Source: Ruminococcus sp. UBA3665
GTDB taxonomy: Bacteria > Bacillota > Clostridia > Oscillospirales > Ruminococcaceae
Direction: 5' to 3'
DNA: 64,000 nt
NCBI GenBank assembly: GCA_002373165.1
Contig: DFJS01000067.1
Location: forward strand, 1,380 to 65,379
This document shows positions 27,191 through 35,146 of this stretch, one piece after another. The position numbers were made by a program, and so were the translations under genes. Position 1 is the first letter of the stretch. The number at the start of each line of letters is the position of its first letter. The notes under the pieces were generated by a model. It did not search any database, was not told the DNA's origin, and worked only from the letters and a program-made list of their open reading frames with translations.

Positions 27191-27586
27191 TTATTTATCC
27201 TGATTTTCCAGGAGCATTTCAACCAGCTGTTCCACCCGGCCTTTGCCGCGTTCGGTCAGATTTCTGTACTGTTCAATAAGATGCAGTTCGTCATAAGTGA
27301 ACAAATCCGTTGGGAATTCTTCTTTTTCGGAAATGCCGTTTTTTAATCTTTGCTGTCTGACTCTGTCACTGACGAATTTTTCTTTGATATTGCTTCTTCC
27401 GGCGAGATAGTCCAGATTCACCTCATAAAAATCTGCAAGAGTCACTGCAAAATCCAGAGGGACAGAATGTTTTCCATACTCATAATAAGTATATGTGCTT
27501 TTATTGATGAATAATTTCTGACATAATTCTTCCTGTGTTAAATCGCGGTCTTCCCTTAAATCTTTGATTCTTTGATAATGTTCCAT
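27191..27586 (-). CDS. XRE-family HTH transcriptional regulator
   Basis: 131 aa with IKDLREDRDLTQEELCQKLFINKSTYTYYEYGK. Confidence 0.85.
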   Translation of the reverse strand: MEHYQRIKDLREDRDLTQEELCQKLFINKSTYTYYEYGKHSVPLDFAVTLADFYEVNLDYLAGRSNIKEKFVSDRVRQQRLKNGISEKEEFPTDLFTYDELHLIEQYRNLTERGKGRVEQLVEMLLENQDK

Positions 27587-27627
27587 AAAACAATCACCTT
27601 TTTAATTCAGATACTTCATTAAAAAAA

Positions 27628-27701
27628 TACCATAAATATGGTATTTATCTTGACAATACTCCATTATTGTGGTATACTTTATCAAGTACCCACAATAGTG
27701 G
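27628..27701. promoter_or_regulatory. divergent control region: palindrome TACCATA-AA-TATGGTA, promoter TTGACA-17-TATACT, and an inverted repeat flanking the -10
   Basis: Palindrome at 27628-27643, -35 at 27650-27655, -10 at 27673-27678. The 12-bp arms CCATTATTGTGG (27661-27672) and CCACAATAGTGG (27690-27701) match 11/12. Confidence 0.6.
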
Positions 27702-27732
27702 CTGACATTAATCAAAAAGGAGCAGTTATTTT

Positions 27733-27933
27733 ATGGTACCTTATGAACATCTTTATTATTCACTTTTTAATGATATTTCTGATTTGATTCAGGAAATGAA
27801 AACAAAATCCTTCTCACAGAAAGCTTCAATTTCTGCTTTGGAACAGATTCAAAAAGATTCCGAAGAACGCTTTCTAAGCTCTTCCGAACAGCATGACTTG
27901 AATCATCAGATTACGGTTCATCATCGCAGATAA
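27733..27933 (+). CDS. small hypothetical protein (66 aa)
   Basis: Strong AAAGGAG RBS with its own promoter and terminator. No recognisable family. Confidence 0.55.
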   Translation: MVPYEHLYYSLFNDISDLIQEMKTKSFSQKASISALEQIQKDSEERFLSSSEQHDLNHQITVHHRR

Positions 27934-27935
27934 GC

Positions 27936-27966
27936 AAATCCCCGGTCCTGGCCGGGGATTTCTTTT
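27936..27966 (+). terminator. intrinsic terminator
   Basis: AAATCCCCGG/CCGGGGATTT stem followed by CTTTT. Confidence 0.75.
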
Positions 27967-28015
27967 ACAGTTCTGTAATAGATTTTTATGATAACTGATT
28001 ATTGCATTTACATAT

Positions 28016-28044
28016 TTGACAGATAGGTTTTGTGGGTGTATAAT
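28016..28044 (+). promoter_or_regulatory. promoter of the ABC transporter operon
   Basis: TTGACA-17 nt-TATAAT, with a ~130-nt leader. Confidence 0.6.
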
Positions 28045-28176
28045 AATAACAGAAATAAACAAAAAATAAATCGCAGAAAGGAAGCGTATTTCATGCGCCG
28101 GAGTAAACGAATGTGAACTGAACAGCAGTTCCATCCATTTTATGAGCAACAGATAAGAAAGGATTTGTGATTTTTT

Positions 28177-29394
28177 ATGAAATATAATAAATTAGCCCTC
28201 AGTGCTCTCGCACTGGCATTACTGACATCGTTCGCCGCCTGCGGCAATACTACCGAAGCCGTCAACAGCACAGCCGATACTTCCGCCCCGGCAGCCGCTG
28301 CCGAAGCCGTCACAGAAACAGAAGACTGCTGCAAGGATTCTGAAAAAGACTGCTGCAAAGATAATTCCGTCGCTGACTGCTGCGGTTCTGCCGAAGAAAT
28401 TCTTTCCGCTTCCGGCGAACTCGAAAAAACTACTTTTGAATTAGGCCATCTGAACTCTACGGCGCATCTGCTGGCATTTGTCGCCAAAGAGGAGGGCTTT
28501 TTTGCAGAACAGGGACTGGATGTCACTCTCACACAGTTTTCCAGTGCCGGCGAACTCGCAACCGGACTGGAATCCGGAAAGCTGGATGCCGCATTTATCG
28601 GCTCTGTGCCGTCGCTGACTTTCCAGAGTCAGGGACATGACCTGACAATTTTCGGCGGCGCAATGACCAACGGCCACGGCTATGTCATCAAGTCGCAGTA
28701 TACCGAAGGCCTTGACAGCTGGGACATCAGCATTCTGAAAGGCCGGAATGTTGCCTCTGTAAAGAACAGCGTACAGGATGCCGAACTCCAGATTCTGCTT
28801 AAGAATGCACATATTGAAATCGGCGAAGGCGAAGATCAGGTCAATATTGTTTATTTTGACAGTCAGAAAGATGCCTATGCGGCTCTTGCGAATGCAACGA
28901 TTGATGCGGCCTCGGTATATTCGCCCTATGCATCACTGGCCGCAAGTCAGGGATATGAAATCGTCTACAGATGCTCGGAAGAACCGGCACTGGAGAATCA
29001 GCCCTGCTGCCGTCAGGTTGCCTATACAGAAAATCTGAATCAGAATCCCAATACATTCAAGGCATTTGAAAAAGCTCTGATTCAGGCCTACAAATTCTCA
29101 CAGGAAAATCAGGAAAAGACAATCCAGGATGTCAAAGTATATATCGATATTGATGAAGAATTTATCAGAACCGAGGTTTACGGCGGTTATGGCGCATCCA
29201 ATCCGGATCCGGACAAACTGGGCACAGCAGCCCTGAAAGATTCCATTGTAGAACTTGGCTATACAGAAGACTATGACATCGACAGCCTGTATAATACTGA
29301 CATTTATAAAAATGCTCTGGCCGAAATTTTAGCCGAAAATCCTGATGATGCAGTTTATCTTGAATTACAGGAGCATTTCAATGAGTACGAATAA
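28177..29394 (+). CDS. lipoprotein substrate-binding protein of an NMT1/SsuA/TauA-type ABC transporter, with an N-terminal vicinal-Cys linker
   Basis: Lipobox LTSFAAC. The linker is EDCCKDSEKDCCKDNSVADCCGS, and the body is NMT1/THI5-like (LGHLNSTAHLLAFVAKEEGFF...). Confidence 0.75.
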   Translation: MKYNKLALSALALALLTSFAACGNTTEAVNSTADTSAPAAAAEAVTETEDCCKDSEKDCCKDNSVADCCGSAEEILSASGELEKTTFELGHLNSTAHLLAFVAKEEGFFAEQGLDVTLTQFSSAGELATGLESGKLDAAFIGSVPSLTFQSQGHDLTIFGGAMTNGHGYVIKSQYTEGLDSWDISILKGRNVASVKNSVQDAELQILLKNAHIEIGEGEDQVNIVYFDSQKDAYAALANATIDAASVYSPYASLAASQGYEIVYRCSEEPALENQPCCRQVAYTENLNQNPNTFKAFEKALIQAYKFSQENQEKTIQDVKVYIDIDEEFIRTEVYGGYGASNPDPDKLGTAALKDSIVELGYTEDYDIDSLYNTDIYKNALAEILAENPDDAVYLELQEHFNEYE

Positions 29395-30205
29395 AATAGA
29401 AATTAAAAATCTGACCGTACACTATACGGAGAAAAATAAAAAATTCACAGCACTGCACGATGTAAATTTTACTGTGAATCAAGGAGAATTTGTCAGTATT
29501 GTGGGAGCATCGGGCTGTGGAAAGTCTACTTTGCTGAGTGTGCTGGAAGGCATCTATCGGGAATTCGACGGCGAAATCCTGATAGACGGCCAGCCGCTGG
29601 AAGGAACAGGAAAGGAACGCGGCGTTGTGTTCCAGCATTATTCGCTGTTTCCGTGGATGACAACCCGGAAAAATATTGCCTTCGGCATCAAGCAGGTCAG
29701 AAAGAATCTTTCCAAAGCGGAACGTCTGCAAATTGCAGATGAATTTCTGGAGAAAGTAGGTCTGGGAGATTTCGGAAACAAATATCCGTCACAGCTTTCC
29801 GGCGGTATGCAGCAGAGAGCGGCCATCGCCCGCGCATTGGCTATGGATACGGATATTCTGCTGATGGATGAACCGTTCAGCGCAATCGACCCGAAAAACA
29901 GAGTGATTCTTCAGGAATTATTATTAAAACTCTGGGAAGGCACAGGCGAAACTGCCGAAACAAGAAAAACAGTAGTATTCGTCACACATGACATCGACGA
30001 GGCGATTTTATTATCTGACAGAATTGTTGTGCTGACTTCACATCCGGGAACTGTTTCTGAAATTGTCCGTGTTCCGTTTGCACGTCCGCGCAGCCGCGGA
30101 GAACTGGTGCAGACTCTGGAATATAATCAGTTCCGCAATAAAATCCTGAGTTTATTTTATGATGATATTACCAGCAAAATCGGCGGCGAGGAGGTCGTTT
30201 TATGA
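29381..30205 (+). CDS. ABC transporter ATP-binding protein (NitT/TauT family)
   Basis: ATG at 29381 after a CAGGAG RBS. Walker A GASGCGKST, signature LSGGMQQR, Walker B LLMDEP. Confidence 0.9.
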   Translation: MSTNKIEIKNLTVHYTEKNKKFTALHDVNFTVNQGEFVSIVGASGCGKSTLLSVLEGIYREFDGEILIDGQPLEGTGKERGVVFQHYSLFPWMTTRKNIAFGIKQVRKNLSKAERLQIADEFLEKVGLGDFGNKYPSQLSGGMQQRAAIARALAMDTDILLMDEPFSAIDPKNRVILQELLLKLWEGTGETAETRKTVVFVTHDIDEAILLSDRIVVLTSHPGTVSEIVRVPFARPRSRGELVQTLEYNQFRNKILSLFYDDITSKIGGEEVVL

Positions 30206-31125
30206 AAACCGGAATTCAAAATTATATTTTTCGTCTGACGCACCTGTTATTTATTGCTTTGATTGCCGTGCAGTTTCTGCCGGATCGGGCAAGCGGCGAA
30301 AATTATGCTAATTATCTGATCGGCTTTGCCGTCGCCGCAGAAGTTCTGACTCTGGCACTGACGGCTTTCATCCGGAAACCGGAAAACAGAAATTTATTTT
30401 TAGATATCGTCGGATTTATCTATGCATTTCTGATTTTATGGACACTGGCGACTTCTAAGCTAAATCTGCTGAATCCGTCACTGTTTCCGCCGTTCGGGAA
30501 GATTCTGGCGCAGTTCGGCGAGGACTGGCAGAAAATTCTGATTAATATCCGCAGTTCTGTAGGAATTATTTTGCAGGGATTTCTGCTGGCATGTGCGGCA
30601 GCGGTTCCGCTGGGCTTATTCCTGGGCTGGGCAGCAAGAGCCGGCAATGCCGCCACTTATCTGAGTAAATTTTTCAGCTCGATTCCGCCGATTGTATATA
30701 TTCCTTACGGAATTGCCCTTCTGCCGACGTTCCGGAGCGTATCAGTTTTTGTCATCTTTCTTGCATCTTTCTGGCCTGTTTTTGCCGGAACTATGAGCGG
30801 TGTCCTCAATGTTGACAAGCGCATTATGGATTCGGCAAGAGTGCTGAACGTCAGCAAACCGGAATTATTATTCCAGGTAATTCTTCCGGCATCGCTTCCG
30901 CAGATTTTCCTGGGATGCAATCAGGGATTGAGTGTCAGCTTCATTCTGCTGACTTCTGCCGAAATGATCGGTGCACGTGACGGCATGGGCTATTATGTGA
31001 AATACTATTCCGATTTCGGCGACTATACCAGAACCATTACCGGACTGCTTGTGATTGGCATTGTAGTCATCGGCGTGACATTTCTGTTTAATTTATTCCA
31101 GAAGCGTCTTCTAAAATGGAGATAA
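30202..31125 (+). CDS. ABC transporter permease (SsuC/TauC-like)
   Basis: 307 aa, polytopic, with an EAA-like loop ...DSARVLNVSKPELLFQVILPASLP. Confidence 0.85.
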   Translation: MKTGIQNYIFRLTHLLFIALIAVQFLPDRASGENYANYLIGFAVAAEVLTLALTAFIRKPENRNLFLDIVGFIYAFLILWTLATSKLNLLNPSLFPPFGKILAQFGEDWQKILINIRSSVGIILQGFLLACAAAVPLGLFLGWAARAGNAATYLSKFFSSIPPIVYIPYGIALLPTFRSVSVFVIFLASFWPVFAGTMSGVLNVDKRIMDSARVLNVSKPELLFQVILPASLPQIFLGCNQGLSVSFILLTSAEMIGARDGMGYYVKYYSDFGDYTRTITGLLVIGIVVIGVTFLFNLFQKRLLKWR

Positions 31126-31138
31126 ATATAAAAACAAG

Positions 31139-31170
31139 GCTGTGCAGCACCTCCCTGCACAGCTTTTTTG
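31139..31170 (+). terminator. intrinsic terminator
   Basis: GCTGTGCAG/CTGCACAGC stem followed by TTTTTT. Confidence 0.8.
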
Positions 31171-31186
31171 TCCGGAAAAAATTCAC

Positions 31187-31215
31187 TTGCTTTTTTCCCG
31201 GAACTATGCTATACT
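31187..31215 (+). promoter_or_regulatory. promoter of darA-holB-ricT
   Basis: TTGCTT-17 nt-TATACT with an extended TG. Confidence 0.55.
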
Positions 31216-31253
31216 AGAAAAAGAGACGCTACGAAAGGGGTTTGAACTATTTC

Positions 31254-31571
31254 ATGAAACTTGTATTTGCAATCGTCAACAGCGATGACAGTCAGGCAGT
31301 CGGCAAAGCCCTGACAAGTGCAGGATTCTATGCCACCAAGCTGGCATCAACCGGCGGCTTTCTCAGTGCCGGAAATACCACATTCCTGACCTGCATTGAA
31401 GAAGAACGCCTTGATGAATTTATCGAAGTCATCCGGCAGAAAAGTCATAAAAGAAAAAAAACCGTCCCGAACAGTACACCCCTCAATTCCGGCATTGAAC
31501 TGCCTGTAGAAGTGGAAGTAGGCGGCGCGACTATCTTTGTGACCAATATCGAAAGATTTGAAAAATTATGA
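31254..31571 (+). CDS. darA: PII-like cyclic-di-AMP receptor (DarA/YaaQ, DUF970)
   Basis: MKLVFAIVNSDDSQAVGKALTSAGFYATKLASTGGFL...; synteny with holB and ricT as in Bacillus yaaQ. Confidence 0.8.
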   Translation: MKLVFAIVNSDDSQAVGKALTSAGFYATKLASTGGFLSAGNTTFLTCIEEERLDEFIEVIRQKSHKRKKTVPNSTPLNSGIELPVEVEVGGATIFVTNIERFEKL

Positions 31572-32533
31572 AAATCTACGGCAATGACAAAAATCTGGAA
31601 TTTATACGGAAAATGAAACAGAACGGGCATCTTCCCCACGCCTGCCTGTTTTACGGCGAACACGGTTCCGGAAGGAAAACACTGGCAAATTATTTTGCCA
31701 TGACCGTACTCTGTACAGAACAGAATGCTCCCTGCGGCGTATGCCGGAACTGTCAGAAAATTCTGCGCGGCGTACATCCGGATCTGATTCCTGTAGAGCA
31801 TTCCGGAAAAAAACAGGGCTTTTCCGTCGATACTGTCCGGGAAGTCTGCCGTGATGCCATTGTTGCGCCGAATGACAGCGACAGAAAAATTTATCTTTTC
31901 AGCGACTGCGATGCCATTGGCATTCCTGCACAGAATACGCTGTTAAAACTCACGGAAGAACCGCCGGAACATGTGCTGTTATTATTCACAGCCGTATCGA
32001 AAAGCACGTTTCTGGAAACGATGCTTTCCCGTATGGCACAGATTGCCGTGTGCCCGTGCAAACCGGAAGAATGCCGCGAAGCACTGCTTTCTCACGGCTG
32101 CACCCCGGAAGAAGCACAGTCTGCCGTGCAGTCCACGGGCGGCAGAAACATCGGCTTTGCACTGCGCTGGACGGAAGATACTGCTCTTCAGGAAACAATC
32201 CGGCAGACTGCCGCGCTGACCTCTGCCGTAGCGCAAAGAAATCAATATGAAATTTTAAGAATCCTGTCAGAATTTGAAAAAGACCGTTCCCGCACAGAAG
32301 AATTTCTGCATCTTCTCATGCTGCAATTCCGGGATGCCTGTGCTTTGCGGAGCGGAAGTTCTTTTCTGACAGGCTGTGACCGCCGCAGTGCAGAACTGCT
32401 TGCACAGATGCTGACGGCATCACGGGCAGTCCGGCTTTGCGAAGCTGTTCAGAAAGCTTCCGAAGCTCTTCATGCCAATGTCAGCATAAAACTTGCGCTT
32501 GCCTCGCTGGGGGGCAGTCTGCTGCTGTACTAG
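31568..32533 (+). CDS. holB: DNA polymerase III delta' subunit
   Basis: GHLPHACLFYGEHGSGRKTLA, zinc module CGVCRNCQKI, and TEEPP. Confidence 0.88.
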   Translation: MKIYGNDKNLEFIRKMKQNGHLPHACLFYGEHGSGRKTLANYFAMTVLCTEQNAPCGVCRNCQKILRGVHPDLIPVEHSGKKQGFSVDTVREVCRDAIVAPNDSDRKIYLFSDCDAIGIPAQNTLLKLTEEPPEHVLLLFTAVSKSTFLETMLSRMAQIAVCPCKPEECREALLSHGCTPEEAQSAVQSTGGRNIGFALRWTEDTALQETIRQTAALTSAVAQRNQYEILRILSEFEKDRSRTEEFLHLLMLQFRDACALRSGSSFLTGCDRRSAELLAQMLTASRAVRLCEAVQKASEALHANVSIKLALASLGGSLLLY

Positions 32534-32552
32534 TCAGAAAGGATTTTTTATT

Positions 32553-33413
32553 ATGACTGAAATTGTTGGAATCCGTTTTCAGAATTCCGGAAAAGTCTAT
32601 TATTTTTCACCAAACGGCCTGCATTTGCAGATGGGCGAAAAAGTCATTGTGGAAACTTCCAAAGGAATAGAATACGGCATTGTTTCTATCCCGAACAGAA
32701 ATATTCAGGATGAAGCTGTCACCTCTCCCCTGCGGAACGTCCTGCGCATTATGAATCAGGAAGACCGCCGCACACTGGAATTAAATCGGCAGAAAGAAAA
32801 AAAGGCATTTGCAGTATGCGAACAGAAAATTGCATCGCACAAACTCAAAATGAAGCTGATTGATGTCAGCTGTGCATTTGACAACAGCAAGCTGTTATTT
32901 TATTTTACTTCTGATAACCGTGTGGATTTCCGCGAACTGGTGAAAGATCTGGCCTCTGTATTCCGTATGAGAATCGAACTGCGGCAGATTGGCGTACGGG
33001 ACGAAGCCAAAATGTTCGGGGGGCTGGGTGTTTGCGGCCGGGAATTCTGCTGCCGGGGCTATCTGGGAGATTTTCAGCCTGTTTCCATCAAGATGGCCAA
33101 AGAGCAGGGTTTGTCGCTGAATCCCACTAAAATTTCCGGCACCTGCGGCCGGCTGATGTGCTGTCTGAAACACGAACAGGCCGCCTATGAGGATTTGCAG
33201 AAAATTACGCCCCGTATCGGTTCTTTTGTCAGAACTTCCCACGGAAAAGGCCGTGTAGAAGATGCCAATCTGATTACGGGCAAGCTCCGGATTCGTCCGG
33301 AAAATCCGGATGATGTGCCGTATACGATTGACCGTTCCGAAGTGGAAATTCTCAAAGCCGGCAAGCCGCGCATGACCAAGGAAGAAAAAGAGCTGAAAAA
33401 ACTGGAAGAATAA
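32553..33413 (+). CDS. ricT: PSP1-domain protein RicT (YaaT)
   Basis: ATG at 32553 after a GAAAGGA RBS. VGIRFQNSGKVYYF... and the Cys-rich GVCGREFCCRGYL...CGRLMCCLKHE. Confidence 0.88.
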   Translation: MTEIVGIRFQNSGKVYYFSPNGLHLQMGEKVIVETSKGIEYGIVSIPNRNIQDEAVTSPLRNVLRIMNQEDRRTLELNRQKEKKAFAVCEQKIASHKLKMKLIDVSCAFDNSKLLFYFTSDNRVDFRELVKDLASVFRMRIELRQIGVRDEAKMFGGLGVCGREFCCRGYLGDFQPVSIKMAKEQGLSLNPTKISGTCGRLMCCLKHEQAAYEDLQKITPRIGSFVRTSHGKGRVEDANLITGKLRIRPENPDDVPYTIDRSEVEILKAGKPRMTKEEKELKKLEE

Positions 33414-33483
33414 CATCTTTTGTGCATTATGCAGAATATTGCATCCGGTTTTTAGTGAAAGATACAAAAAACAACTGAAAAAC

Positions 33484-33512
33484 TTGACAAAATCCGTAGG
33501 ATATGCTATAAT
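33484..33512 (+). promoter_or_regulatory. consensus promoter with no downstream ORF
   Basis: TTGACA-17 nt-TATAAT with an extended TG (TGCTATAAT). Confidence 0.6.
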
Positions 33513-33518
33513 ATAACT

Positions 33519-33577
33519 ATCATAAATCCTACATCCTTATTATTTTTTGGCAGGTCTGAACAAGACCTGCTTTTTTT
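33519..33577 (+). ncRNA. candidate ~60-nt small RNA
   Basis: A consensus promoter is followed after ~30 nt of AU-rich sequence by the terminator GCAGGTCT-GAACA-AGACCTGC and TTTTTTT. There is no start codon or RBS in between. Confidence 0.35.
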
Positions 33578-33591
33578 ATTTCCGGGAAAAC

Positions 33592-33618
33592 AAAAAACGG
33601 ACGGGGCAGTCCGTTTTC
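33592..33618 (-). terminator. intrinsic terminator after the lipoprotein operon
   Basis: ACGGAC/GTCCGT stem with an A-run and T-run, 8 nt after the stop at 33626. Confidence 0.65.
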
Positions 33619-33625
33619 TGATAAT

Positions 33626-34255
33626 TCAGGCAAGATTTAAAATCAGCTTATCGATTTCCTGCCAGTCCTGCGCCGTGACAGAAGTATTCTCAATCCGGAA
33701 AGTATAGACAACAGGTTCCAGATAACCGGGTGTTTCGGCAATTTCTGTCAGAAGATCCAGCACTTCTGCGGCATAGGCTTCTTCCAGATGATCGGCAGCA
33801 ATGCGGGTAGGGGCTTTTTTATACTGGTGCAGAAAGTCGGAATAATAATATTTTCTGACGCTGTCCTCTGCTCTCTGCCAGAAATCGACAGGGGAAACAA
33901 CCAGTGCCACAGTATAATCCGTGCCGTCGTGCATCACATCCCGGACGGTATATTTTGCATTTTTCAGAATTTTTCCGGCAAGCTGATCATAACCGGACAG
34001 TATTTCCTCGGAAATCAGATCAGATTTGACGGCATAAGCATCCCGGATTCTCCGGCTGATTTCTGTTATTTTTTCTGCATAGAAAGCTTCGGCATCTGTA
34101 ACAGAAGCATTGGTCATAGTGCAATATTCCTGACAGTCGGCATGATACGTACAGTCCAGTACAGCCATAACATAATTTCTGTACGATTCTCCGGCAAAGC
34201 CGCACCCTGTCAGCACCAGGCAGAGCACCAGAAAAAGCGGCAGTAATTTTCTCAT
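33626..34255 (-). CDS. hypothetical lipoprotein
   Basis: Lipobox LVLTGC; 209 aa. ATGA overlap with the upstream gene. Confidence 0.65.
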   Translation of the reverse strand: MRKLLPLFLVLCLVLTGCGFAGESYRNYVMAVLDCTYHADCQEYCTMTNASVTDAEAFYAEKITEISRRIRDAYAVKSDLISEEILSGYDQLAGKILKNAKYTVRDVMHDGTDYTVALVVSPVDFWQRAEDSVRKYYYSDFLHQYKKAPTRIAADHLEEAYAAEVLDLLTEIAETPGYLEPVVYTFRIENTSVTAQDWQEIDKLILNLA

Positions 34256-35070
34256 AATCCGGCCTCTTCTGAAGCATCTGCGGAAGGTTCCGGCTCTGAC
34301 GGATTCAGCGGAATAGCGTGGCCTTCCTCGTCATAAAACGTAATATTATCCAGATAAAGATCAGAAACATTCTGCATTCCCCAGCGCATGACAGAAAAGT
34401 TCACATCTTCGACAGAAGCATCCCATTTTTTGCCGGAAGCAGCCAGCAGGAATTTAAATTCCACATGGCAGGCATCAGAACGCTGCAAATCGTACTCATT
34501 CAGGCCGGAACCGGCAAAATCCGCGAAGCCGTACCAATTTCCGTCAGCGCAGGTAGTACCGCCGCCGCCGCCGATCCAGCCGGGAACGGCGCGATACTGC
34601 CCGTCATCGCTTAAGAACAGGCTGTCCTTTGCCTCGGCATAGAGATCAAAGCCGATGCTGTACACGCTTTCCAGCTGATCGGGATTCAGCAGCTGACCGA
34701 CAGAAATCCGGATTTTCTGCACAGCAGTTTCCAGATTTTCCTGATTAGTAGAAAGATCTGTAAATTTCAGCATTGCATTTCCGTCCACAGTTTCGACAGA
34801 AACGGTACCGTCTGCGGCAGAATCGTCATCTTTCACAACAGAAACAAACTGACAGTTTCCGTCATCGAACGTGACTGCACAGGGGTCGGCATCCGGGAAG
34901 GGCGCATTGGTAGGGGGCGGGAGAGTCTCTTCTGTTTCGGCCAGTGTGACTTCCTGCGCGGATGTTTCGGGCGGAGCAGTTTCCTGAATCTGAGAAGACT
35001 CCGGAGTCTTCTGATTACAGCCGCACAGCAGGAAGGCCGTCAAGAGCAGTATACTATAGTATTTCTTCAA
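34252..35070 (-). CDS. hypothetical lipoprotein, beta-rich (possible carbohydrate-binding-like) domain
   Basis: Lipobox FLLCGC, a P/E/T linker, and a ~200-aa beta-rich domain. Confidence 0.65.
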   Translation of the reverse strand: MKKYYSILLLTAFLLCGCNQKTPESSQIQETAPPETSAQEVTLAETEETLPPPTNAPFPDADPCAVTFDDGNCQFVSVVKDDDSAADGTVSVETVDGNAMLKFTDLSTNQENLETAVQKIRISVGQLLNPDQLESVYSIGFDLYAEAKDSLFLSDDGQYRAVPGWIGGGGGTTCADGNWYGFADFAGSGLNEYDLQRSDACHVEFKFLLAASGKKWDASVEDVNFSVMRWGMQNVSDLYLDNITFYDEEGHAIPLNPSEPEPSADASEEAGL

Positions 35071-35089
35071 AATAAAATCGCCTCACTTA

Positions 35090-35119
35090 GAAAAAATGCC
35101 CCCTGACAACAGAGGGCAT
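35090..35119 (-). terminator. intrinsic terminator after the surface protein gene
   Basis: ATGCCCCCTG/CAGAGGGCAT stem followed by a U-run on the minus strand. Confidence 0.7.
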
Positions 35120-35146
35120 TTGCATCAACCATGTTCAGACAGAAAA

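Noticed and set aside
28045-28176. Possible riboswitch (TPP or SAM) in the ~130-nt leader of the NMT1/SsuA-type ABC operon
   Set aside because: I found only a 6-bp hairpin (GAACTG/CAGTTC, 28118-28134). There is no CTGAGA/ACCTGA TPP core, no S-box helices and no terminator. The evidence is insufficient.
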